Origin: the human T2T-CHM13v2.0 reference genome, Homo sapiens
Reading direction: 5' to 3' (one strand)
Assembly (NCBI RefSeq): GCF_009914755.1
Contig: NC_060925.1
DNA length: 64,000 nucleotides
Shown here: in pieces, positions 27,649-38,115 of the stretch
Position numbering within the stretch: position 1 is the first letter of the stretch
How the letters are laid out: every line of letters begins with the position of its first letter
Notes under the pieces: model-generated
The model's input: the letters and a program-made list of their open reading frames with translations, nothing else
Database searches by the model: none
Told to the model about the DNA's origin: nothing
Program-made: the position numbers and the translations under genes

Positions 27649-30600
27649 TGCAATGATCCCCTGCAAATATCAACTGCAGATTAACTAACATCCAAATGTT
27701 TTAAATATCTAGAATTAATTTCAGCAATCCTCTCTTTAAATAGAGCCAAAACTAGATAATCATTTTAGGTTCTTTCAACTTGACTGTGTTTTTCCTGCCA
27801 ACATACCAAGGAAATGATGAGATTTGTCAAACTTAATAGAAAATCCACTACTGCAATAGAAGAGTATCTGATTTTTACTTAAATGTTTCCATGAATAAGT
27901 TTACAATGCTCAAGTAAAGAAGGACATAACCCAGAGAGACAGCAATCAGGTCCTCAAAAGTTTTGGGAATCTGAGTAGTATTCTCATAAATATGTACATG
28001 TATCTCTTCCTAATTATGAAATATCTTGAGCAAGCAGCCCAAATAATTCTTGATTTTTTTAAATACTTGGAGCCATATAATATACAGGTTTCTGAAAGTT
28101 GCTGTATGTCTGTATGTATATCTTTGTGTGTATTAAACAAAAAAATTAAAAAATTTCCTTATAATGAGGCCATAGACATGGGACCCAGGAAAAACGAACT
28201 CGTGTCCTGAATGTGCCCTTGCCAGAGTTTATTTCAACGTGAATTGATTCTAAATACACTTTTTTGCAAGCATTGCCCAACATCATTATATAGGCAAGAA
28301 TTTCACACAAATCACTGATTGACAGAAAAAGAAATTCACTCTTCTCTTTTATTGTCATTTTAGAAGATACATTAAGATCTGTGATGATAATGTAAGAACT
28401 TTAAGTATTCTTTCACATTCCAAGCTTAGTCATTTTCTTTGTAATTTAGATAGGTGAACAGTTATTGTGATGTGAAAATTGGAATAATTCAATTATAAAA
28501 GCTAAATTTCTGCTACAAGATGCATAAATGCTCCACATTTTTTGCTGTGGCTAAAAACTGATTTTCATGCATGTAGGGCTTCTAAACCCAAAAATATTAT
28601 TTCAAAATGCATCTTTTCCAAATAAGAAAAAACCCACATTAGTCTACCAGGTTAAATGAAAAGGCTAAATGAGAGAGCTCTTAAATATAGCAAAACAAAT
28701 TTTACAAAACACAATTTTAAGATACAATAAATATTTGTCATATTTTGGCAATAAAATAAATGGGAAATAAAATTATATTTATAATATTAACCACGATATA
28801 ATAAAAAAATCTCCACAAAATAAAGAAAAAAACACATAAAAAACTCGAGTATTAAATTTAAAAGTGAAAATTTCATTTGGTTTTCCATATGAGATTACAA
28901 AAAGAAAGGCATTTACTAAGATATAACTTATAAGAGGACTTTCTATAGCTATTCATCTTTCTATTGACAGAATATCCCAGATTCTTTACAAACTATTTAG
29001 AAATTGCTGGGTTTGCCTAGATTTCCATTAAGTAGCAGTATTCCACAGGAAAGAAAAGGACATTTTGGAAGGAATAAAGTATTCTTTGGCATAATGATTT
29101 TCATTCCCAAAGAATACAAGAACTGGATACAATTATACATTTTTTTCTAAGGCAATGGAAAAGTAATAGTCAACAAGGTGGTAACAGGCTTCTTCTTTAC
29201 CTTGAAAAAACACTATTTTTAACATTTTTCAACCAGAGAATAATCTCTATCATGTATTTGAGTTGTATAACACCATTTAACATATCATGCTGGAAAACAT
29301 TTGCCATTATATGATTTCATTTTAAATAATTATAAGATGATTTGTGGTGGTTAAAACACTCTGTTTTTTAGATTAGAAAAACAGTTTCGTTTCACTCTAA
29401 ACATTTTCAAAGAGTAGGACAAGATCTCAGAACTAGCCCTCAAAATATTTGGTGGAAAATATTTCAAAGTGAAATGTGAAGTTGATTTAGAAATATTTCT
29501 GTTAAAATATAAATACATGTACTATCAAACTTGAACATATTAGCTGCTTATTCTACCTGTGAAAACAGCTTAAAAATTTGCAAACATTATCTCCATAAAT
29601 TATTTTAAAAATCACTGTCCAAAGAAATAAAATAGAAAATTATAGGAAACATTTAAAAGAAGTTATCTTTCCACTTCGGAAGTACCATTTAGGGTGGGAA
29701 TATAAGGTGGTGAGGACATGGGAACAAATCAGTGAACAAATGAATAATCAAGATGATTTCACCTGTGATTGTGCTGTGAAATAAACAAAAAACTTGGAGA
29801 CTGATTTATAGAAGAAGAGATCCTTTAGATTAGGTAGTGAGGCTTTTGCATAGGAAGCCAGTATTTACACTAAGCCTGAATGATATTAAAAAGCCATTCA
29901 ATGAAAGATCTGAGAGGAAGGGCATTTTGGCAGAAGGAACTGCAAATGCAAAGGGCCAGTGCTCATTAATATGTTCATGCTGTGCATCCACAACTAAACT
30001 GCAACCTGCCTAAGTTTGAAGCTCGCATGTCCTAGTTGTTTGGTGTAAAGATTATTATCAGTATGACTTTACCATCGCAACAATTAATTCATAAAAGTCT
30101 TATTTAATTAAAACACAAATTTGGCCACTTTACAGGGGTATGATATATGACAGCACATACTGATTTTAGCTGTTAGAAACAAATAAGATGTTATGATTTA
30201 GGTAATGTAAACAAAGAAATGCCCAATGTTTTTCAATAAATTAATTCAATAACAAAACTCAAAGCCTTTTAAAAAAACTTTCCATATTTTCTTTTCTATG
30301 AGTACCAAGATTTTCCAAATAAGAAAAGGGAAAAAAAAATTTTGAATAGTGAATGCTCTGCATGTAAAGGAGAAAAACTGTTTGGAATGTAAAGATATTA
30401 ATAACTGTAGTGACTAACACTGTACATGAGAACAAACTGTTTTCAAACTGTTTTGAGTAGCTAGAAAACATACTAAGTTTGCGTAAGTGTTTTTTGATAT
30501 AGATTCCATACAGGCTGACTAGATAATATAACAATTACTTTTATTTCATTAAATTGGGAAACTTCATAATCCTCTTGCAAATAAAAAATTTCATTGTAAC

Positions 30601-30779
30601 AATTTATTTGCTGCACACGTCTCTTTCAAATATTTTATTTTTTAACATTTACTAGTTCCTTAATATATCTTATTATAATCTTAAAATGATATGTGCACAC
30701 ATATACACAGGATGTGTTTGTGCATATGTAGCTAAAACAGACAATAATATCATAAGTATTATAAACTAGTCATTGTGAA

Positions 30780-31340
30780 AAAATTCAAATGTTTATCTAA
30801 CATATGAAAAAATGTGTAATCTAGTTATTAAGGAAATTAAATCAAAATGTACGTTTTCTAGCATGAAATTTGCTAACATTAAAAAGAAAAATAGGCTGGA
30901 TGCAGTGGCTCATGCCTGTAATCCCAGTACTTTGTGGAGCTGAGGCGGGTGGATCACCTGAGCTCAGGAGTTCGAGGTCAGCCTGGCCAACATGGTGAAA
31001 CCCCGCCTCTACTAAAAATACAAAAAAAAATTAGCCAGTTGTGGTGGCATGCGCCAGAGGGTAGTGGAGGTTGCAGTGAGCCGCACTCCAGTCTAGGTGA
31101 CAGAATGAGACTTTGTCTCAATTACAAAGAAAAAAGAAAAATATTAATTTTGGAAAGTAAATGAGAAATAAGTACTTTAATATGCTGTTAGCGGCTGCAT
31201 CAACTTCAATGAGCTATTTCACATTTCTAGTAAAAAATACTTCTGCCTTTTTAACCAGAAATTGATCTCTAGTAATATATCCTATAGAGACATGCATATA
31301 TGTGCACAAAAAGACATGCATACAGATTTATTTCAAATAA
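30780..31340 (+). mobile_element. Old L1M (ME-like) ORF2 3' fragment, split by an Alu
   Basis: aacatatgaaaaaatg...ctaacattaaaaag [Alu] ...aaccagaaattgatctctagtaatatatcctatagaga...tgtgcacaaaaagacatg. Confidence 0.55.
30894..31130 (+). mobile_element. AluS with internal right-arm deletions
   Basis: Left arm intact; right arm lacks the tgtaatcccagctact...gaacccggg segment. Perfect 13-bp TSD aaaaagaaaaata (30881-30893, 31131-31143). Confidence 0.92.
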
Positions 31341-33233
31341 ATGAAGGAGATGAAATTAACAAAAAAGCATATTTTTACTGTAAAGCAGTATATCTTATTT
31401 AAAAGCACACATTCTAAAGAAAGAAAATTAAATCATGGTATGATTCTGAATAATAATTGTATATGATACCATATTCCCTTACATCTGATTCAAAACAGCT
31501 AGATGAATGCATTAATCTTCTTTAAAACTAATTATATAACCCATATTTGGGGATTAAGAATGTTTCTGACTTCATCTGTCAATATGATAGACAGTACGTT
31601 AGCCCCACAGATTTTCTAAATAATTACGAAAACATTCATATTTAATGGATAAGGAAAAAAGCCATTGCTGTTTCAAAATGAATAACTTGTGTGCTTGATT
31701 ACATAGTCTAATAATTTAAAGCACCTTTTGTTTTATCTTACAAAATATATTATAAAATATTATCTGCTACATGGTCTTTTCTTATGCTCAACTTATTTCC
31801 ATTTCTTAATAAAAGGAAAAGGCTATAAAATTTAGTAAGTAGAAAAATAAGTAAAAGGTATTAATATTCTTTCTTGTATTCTTTATCATATTATACAAAA
31901 ATAAAAGATAAATCTTTATTTATCAAAGTCCTCTCACTTTTTCTGCCCAATGATGTTGTCTTAAATTTTTTTATCTCTTTAAACTACTCTCTGACTTCCT
32001 CATTCTCATCAGGGAATACAAGGAAAATGGAGAAAATAAGACAAGACTCTCAATTTTGCCACTCAGCATCCTCTGTATTCAATAACTACTTCTTGAGTGT
32101 CCTCCATAGTCTTAGGCACTGCACAAGGTCATGAGGATACAGCAGGGGATGAGTCAAATCCATGTTTGACCTTAAAGAACTCAGAAATTGTACTTCTTTC
32201 TTTCTTTTATTAAAGGAAAAGTTAGCTATCCAGCCTGTTCAGTTAACAACAGCAGTATTCCACCTCTCATCCTATCTTCTCTCCACAGAAAACTGTAGAG
32301 AAGCCACTTGAATTTGGAGAACTCCACAGTCATCTATAAAAGTATAATTTCAATAGATCACATTGAAGGCAGAAGTGTAATTTCACAGGTTGGAAGTAAG
32401 CATTTGATGAGGAAACAGATGCATTGTTTGTGTGTGCAGATTTGTTCAAAATAGGCTGACTTGTGAAAGAAAGAATTTAAGTAGAATGATAACTAGGGAG
32501 AACAGGAAAATTGAGCCAAAGCATATTCAGTATAGAAGAATCTCATACATGCTTACAAATGGAGGAAACTGGTAAGTAGAGGAGAATGGAGAATCTAGCA
32601 TAACAACAACAACATACAAACATATACATGAGGGAACAAGGTGCTGAAGGAGGTAAACTAGTTTGATTGAAGGCATACCTTAAAAGTAAACTTACAAAGA
32701 ATAGAAATATTTCTTCTAATAAAGTTGAAAAGCTGAGAGGCCAGATTTCTGAAGAGGATGGATGGTCTCTGATAGAGCTCTATACAGATGATTTTCCATG
32801 GCCTCTATGATTTTTCATGGCCTCTGCAGGAGATTCACTTGGAGAGTAGAAAATCAGGAATCTAAATAATTAGCTAGCTAAGAAATTTAAAATTTGTTTT
32901 GAACTAACTTTTTCAGAGCCCTATGGAAGAAGTGTGAGTTTTATTCTATCTCTAACAATGGCTCTGAAATAAACACTGAGTTCTTACAATGCCTATACCC
33001 CGCTAATTTTCAATAGGGTAACTTATGTATTCTTACATCAATCCTGGGAGGCTAATGCTATTTATCAAATGACTGCACAAATGAGACAACTGAGCCAGAA
33101 AGTGGTTCAAGTAAAATTTGAATCCAGGAAATTTAATTCCAACACTCTTAATCATGAATATATATTTCCTCTGAGCTTATTTCCACAAGACATATTAGGA
33201 TATTAGTAAATAAGTTTAATTCATATTTACTAA

Positions 33234-34056
33234 TGATACAGGAGAAGGGCAGGGAAGTGCTGGGCAGAGAAGGGCATTGTCCCCGGTGAGGGTTCTACCC
33301 TCGGGCCTGTGGCCCACGGACCTAAGTGAGAACAGCACTCCTATTTTCACGTCCGAATGTTCCATTTTCCAAGACCACTCTGACCCACCATGCTCCCCCC
33401 ATCCTGTGCCTATAAAAACCCCGAGACACGAGGAGGCACACAGACACAGGCAGCTGGACATTGAGTGGAACACACCAGCAGAAAAACACACTGACAGACA
33501 CTGTGTTTGCCATCGATGGCAGAACGACATGGCCATAGATGGCAGAACGAAGCGGATTACATGGAATTTGGCTGAGGGTGGTTGGAGAAGAGCCCAGCCA
33601 CTGAGCTGCCCAACTCCAGGGGAAGACCACCTTCCTACTCCATCCCCCTTCTAGCTCCCCATCCATCTGCTGACAGTTACTTCCACCACTCAATAAAAAA
33701 CTTTGCACCCATCTTCCAAGCCCACATGTGATCTGATTTTTTCAGTACACTAAGGCAAGAACCCAGGATACAGAAAGAAGCCCCTCTGTCCTTGTGATAA
33801 GGCAGAAGGTCTAATTGGGCTGATTAACACAAGCTGCCTGTGGACACCTAAGCTGAAAGCACACTGTAACACACGTTCACTGGAGCTTTGGGAGCCGTAA
33901 ACACCCAACCCTAGATGCTGCCGTGGGGTCCACATTCCCCACTACCTGCCCATATGCATGCTCCCCCTAGGGGTTTGAGCTTTGGGACAATGAAGAAGCA
34001 AGCCACACCACCGTTGCATGCCCTGTGAGGGGGATAAGAGAACGTTTCCTGTTTTA
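33234..34056 (+). mobile_element. LTR1-family ERV1 LTR (5' LTR)
   Basis: Starts tgatacaggagaagggcagggaagtgctggg. Contains TATAAAAA (33411), aactccaggggaagaccaccttcc and cactcaataaaa. Ends ccctgtgagggggataagagaacgtttcctgtttta. Confidence 0.85.
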
Positions 34057-34504
34057 CCTGGGGCTCATCCAGGATCCTGGAAGGAGAGTATGAATGCAAA
34101 ACTGTAGGATCTGCCACTCTTCCAAAACACTGCCACCTCTCTCTCTTTCCTGTGAGTAAAAGGATCTGTTTGCCCTCATGGAGTTTTAACCACCCTAACC
34201 AGGCTGGTTAAACACCCCAGACTTCGTCTCTTGTCTCTCTCTCACTGTTTGAAAGGCTCTTATCTCTTCCTTTATGATATTAAGAGTTTTGCTAGAGGCT
34301 GTGGCAATGTTACTAGGTAAAATGAGCATTTCACTCAGCTGCCAAAGGTGCAAATCAGACCACCTGTAGAGGTACACCGACTCAGCCTCTACCTAAAAAG
34401 CCACAGGCAAGTATGGCTCTGGGTATCTACCCTTACTCTTTCCCCTCCCATCTCAGGTGCCTGGGCATGTCCACAGCATGCAAAGGCCATGCCCAACAGC
34501 CACC
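34057..34504 (+). mobile_element. HUERS-P-type ERV internal leader with tRNA-Pro primer-binding site, truncated
   Basis: tggggctcatccaggat (34059-34075) directly after the LTR is a CpG-decayed match to PBS-Pro TGGGGGCTCGTCCGGGAT. LTR1 is the LTR associated with HUERS-P2. Confidence 0.75.
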
Positions 34505-34888
34505 TTTAAATTGCTTTGCCATTTTAAGGAACACATGAAATCACATTCTACTGAGAGTTTCAAGTGTGAAATACGCAATAAAAAGTATCTTCTGGAGAGC
34601 ACACGGAAACAGCACCTAAATTGAACTACCCTGAAGTAGTTGGTAACTGGGAAAGAACTAGGAAAAAAAATTCATGTATATCAGTACTGTGGGAAACGGT
34701 TTGACGATTTTGAACATTTTAAAGAACATCTTTGAAAACATACAAGGGAAAAACCTTTTGAATGTCCAAATCATCATCAATGATTTGCTAGAAATAGCAT
34801 CCTCAAAGGTCACCTCACTGCATGCCAAACTGGAGTAGGGACAAAAAAAAGAAAGAAGCTCTATGAATGCCAGGTTTGTGACAGTGTC
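34505..34888 (+). pseudogene. ZNF131 (ZBTB35)-derived processed pseudogene fragment covering C2H2 fingers
   Basis: Translates FKLLCHFKEHMKSHSTESFKCEIRNKKYLLESTRKQHLN*...GKKIHVYQYCGKRFDDFEHFKEHL*KHTREKPFECPNHHQ*FARNSILKGHLTACQTGVGTKKRKKLYECQVCDSV. This closely matches my recollection of ZNF131 (FKLFYHFKEHMKSHSTESFKCEICNKRYLRESAWKQHLN...KKIHVCQYCEKQFDHFGHFKEHLRKHTGEKPFECPNCHERFARNSTLKCHLTACQTGVGAKKGRKKLYECQVCNSV). Stops at 34622, 34637, 34733 and 34781. Confidence 0.9.
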
Positions 34889-34949
34889 TGGGGTTTATAT
34901 GTAGATTATCATCATTATATTGCCAGACTCATATTATTATCTACTATTT

Positions 34950-35340
34950 TAAAAATATTTGTCTTTTATATTCACTTGTACTCTCAATTTCTAAATTGTT
35001 TTCCATTCAAGTGTAAAATATTTTCCAGGTTTTTTTCCTAATAGGTTAGATAAATGGTATATTTTCTGAACCCCTGAATGTCTAAGAATATATTTATATA
35101 CCAACATACATTAACTATCTTGCCTCTACATGAAACTGTTAGCCCACAACATAATTTCTTTTAAAATTCTGCAGACAAAATTTTTCTATTATCTTCTGAT
35201 ATATGGAAGTGAATAGGTGAAGCCACCTAAATTTCCCCCCCTGCTCTTGGTAACCTATCTGTCCCTTTTGCCTACATATTTATTGGCAGGACTTTTCTTA
35301 ATTGCTGTAGTATAATAACTTGACTAGATAATAGTAAACT
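34950..35340 (-). mobile_element. HAL1/old L1 ORF1 remnant
   Basis: T-rich attttctgaacccctgaatgtctaagaata...ttctttaaaattctgcagac...ttggtaacct pattern. Confidence 0.45.
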
Positions 35341-35800
35341 AGGAAAATAAATCATTTGGAGTTATACATTCAGGTAAAGAAAAAACTCTTCTATGACATC
35401 TCTGATTATTGGTTATACTTATTTAACTTTCTCTTTGGGGTATACCTATTTCTGCCTCCCTACTCTCGATTCTTAACTCTGCTCTGTTTTTACTCAACAT
35501 GTTATCATCTCCCAACATATTATATATATTCTTGTGTCCTAATGTTTATAATCTGTCTTCCTCCTCAGGATGTCATCTTTGTGAGAGCAGGTGCAATGTT
35601 TGCTTTGTTTATTGCTGTATTTCCAGAAAATTGAATGATACCATAGCTAGAATGCAAATAGTTTTTTAGTGAATTCAAGAAATCCCACATTGGGTCATCA
35701 TTTATCCTGAATATTACTGAGTTTGTCTCACATTACTGTATCTTAATTTACATTTAGAATTTTAAAAATAATTTTCTATGATGTGTTTCATTTTCTGTTA

Positions 35801-35970
35801 ATTTTTTCATTTTTACTTACGGTGGGTGCATATTAGGTGTATATATGTATAGGCTACATGTGATGTTTGATAAGGTTGGGAGGGAAAGCAGGTGGGGAAA
35901 GGTGGGGATGGTTAATGGTTACAAAAACATAGAATGAATAAGATCTAGCATTTGATAGCACAACAGAGTG
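35801..35970. mobile_element. Short L1MA 3' end with 5' inversion
   Basis: 35801-35872 is the reverse of the L1MA terminus (gggtgcatattaggtgtatatat...tacatgtgatgtttgata). 35873-35970 is the forward upstream segment (ggtggggatggttaatggttacaaaaa...gaatgaataagatctagcatttgatagcacaacag). Confidence 0.7.
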
Positions 35971-37735
35971 TCTCACATAATTTTAAGCTTTATCATTTTC
36001 ATCTGCTTTATCAAGAGCTGATCAAATTTCTTTTTTCACCACTGATTGCATTTTTCTTTAGCTATAATTCTACTCATGAATGCCTGCAAAGTGGAGTTTA
36101 TTTAATGTTTTTAGATTCTTAATTCTGTCTTACCTCTTTCCTTTGTTTTATCTCAGTCTATATTTTGCTCCTTTTTCAAAGAAGTCATGCTTTCATGAAC
36201 TGTGCTGAAGTCCTAAAATTACGCCAAGGTGTGTCCATATCTCTGAAGTTATCACAAAGGTTAATATTTTTCAGTATGCTCCAGGATGTTAGAATATAGT
36301 GCGTAGTAGTTGCAGGCACTGCTACCAGGGTTCATCTGTATCATACAACCTGCAAGTCTTTATTTTTTGAGGTGATCCTCTTAAAAAGGTCTTATGATTG
36401 GATTATTTTCCCAAGACGTTCTCTCTAGTTTTTCTATGCTTTTCAACATCTGCCTGCATGTAGAAGAAGAAGTAGTGGAGACCCAGGAAAAAGTCCTCTG
36501 TTTTGCACAGACAATCTAAAAAAGACAGAGAAACTGATACTCAGCTTCCTCATTAACACAAGTGTAAATTCTCCAGGCAGAGGCAGAGTATTGAAGCATT
36601 TTCCTTCCTTGGTCTTAGGCAGTCTACGTTTTGGAGCACAACAATTTGGAGCACAACAAAAATAGGAAACCTGCTTAAAGTTTTCTTATGGAAATTCTTT
36701 TTGATGTATACTTAGTGTATTTTTCTTTAGGACTTTATTAATTGTCAAAATTAGTTGTTACTGTTATTACAAGTTTAGACATTTTCTAGGGTATTTGAGA
36801 ATACATAAAGGCGCAAAGCTACAAACGTGAGTTTTAATTAAAGTAGTATTCAAACTTTTCGACAAAAGTTATATACTCTAAGTGAAATTATCTAAAAATA
36901 CTATAGGAAGTGTGGATATCATTTACCATGATGGAACTACTAATAACTGCAACAATTATTTATCTGTATGTCTTTTCTTCTCTGAGTATTCATTATTTAC
37001 TACCTAACACCTAGTTGTAAAAATTTTAAATGTTTCGCTTTTTCACCCAGATCATTTATAACATTAAAACTTTTAAAAAATTAATATACTCCAGGCTTTT
37101 AAATGTTATGTATGTATATTTTTTCACTTACCATAGAGACAAGATTATTTAGTCATGAAAATGACTATCCATTCACTTATGAGCAACTACAAAGCTGTTT
37201 CTTGCAAATAAGGCCAAAGAGACTGCAAATACTCAAGGCCACACTAATTTCTCTTCCCTTTGAAAATCTACTGTATGTTGCTTACTTATTAGCAAATTCA
37301 TAACACAAAATATTCTGTGGATAAAAGTGCCAGAAGGGACCTTACAGATGATCAAGTTCAATGTACAAATGAGAGACTGGAACCACAGAACTTTTGACAC
37401 CTATTCAAGATTTCAAAGCCAGCTAACCCTAGAACACAGGTCTTCCCATTTCTTATCTAGTTTTATTTTTTCAGCCAAACAGAAAGGTATTTAAGGACAG
37501 ATATCATGTCCTCTGGGTCCTAGTAACCTCCTCCATGCACATAATATTGGTAGGAAATTTAAAAATGCTTTAATGTTGATATATGGTTGATGATGAACAA
37601 GACATGCTTTTTGGTTTTTTGTTCTAGCTTGACTGTGTGGTGAAGTAGCCATTATGTACTAACCTGTCATGTGGCAAATAAATGCGACAACCCTCAAGTT
37701 TTTCTCTTAAGATTACATCAGAAAATAGAAATAGG

Positions 37736-38029
37736 AGCCAGGTGTAGTGGCTCACACCTGTAATCAAGCACTTTGGGAGGCCTAGGCAGGCAGATCACCT
37801 GAGGTCAGGAGTTTGAGACCAGCCTGGCCAACATGGTGCAACCCCATCTCTACTAAAAATACAAAAATTAGCCAGGCATGGTAGCACACGTCTGTAGTCC
37901 CAGCTACTAGGGAAGCTGAGGCACCAGGACAGCTTGAACCCATGAGACGGAGATTGCAGTGAGTCAAGGCTCCGCCACTGAACTCCAATCTGGGCAACAG
38001 AGTAAGACCCTGTCAAAAAAAAAAAAAAA

Positions 38030-38033
<4 letters not shown>
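37736..38033 (+). mobile_element. AluS (Sx/Sz-like)
   Basis: Two-arm Alu, gatcacctgaggtcaggagtttgagaccagcctggccaacatggtg; poly-A from 38015. Confidence 0.93.
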
Positions 38034-38086
<53 letters not shown>

Positions 38087-38115
38087 AGGGAGGGAGGAAG
38101 GGAGGGAAGGAAGAG
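38015..38115 (+). repeat. Polypurine tract A(n)-(GAAA)n-(GA)n-(GGGA)n grown from the Alu tail
   Basis: About 100 consecutive purines. Confidence 0.95.

Noticed and set aside
33216-34377. Cluster of 60-128 aa ORFs
   Set aside because: All lie in the GC-richer LTR1/leader; no gag, pol or env motifs.
34505-34888. Functional zinc-finger gene
   Set aside because: Four in-frame stops (two look like CGA>TGA decay), several lost Cys ligands, and no BTB domain or start; called a pseudogene instead.
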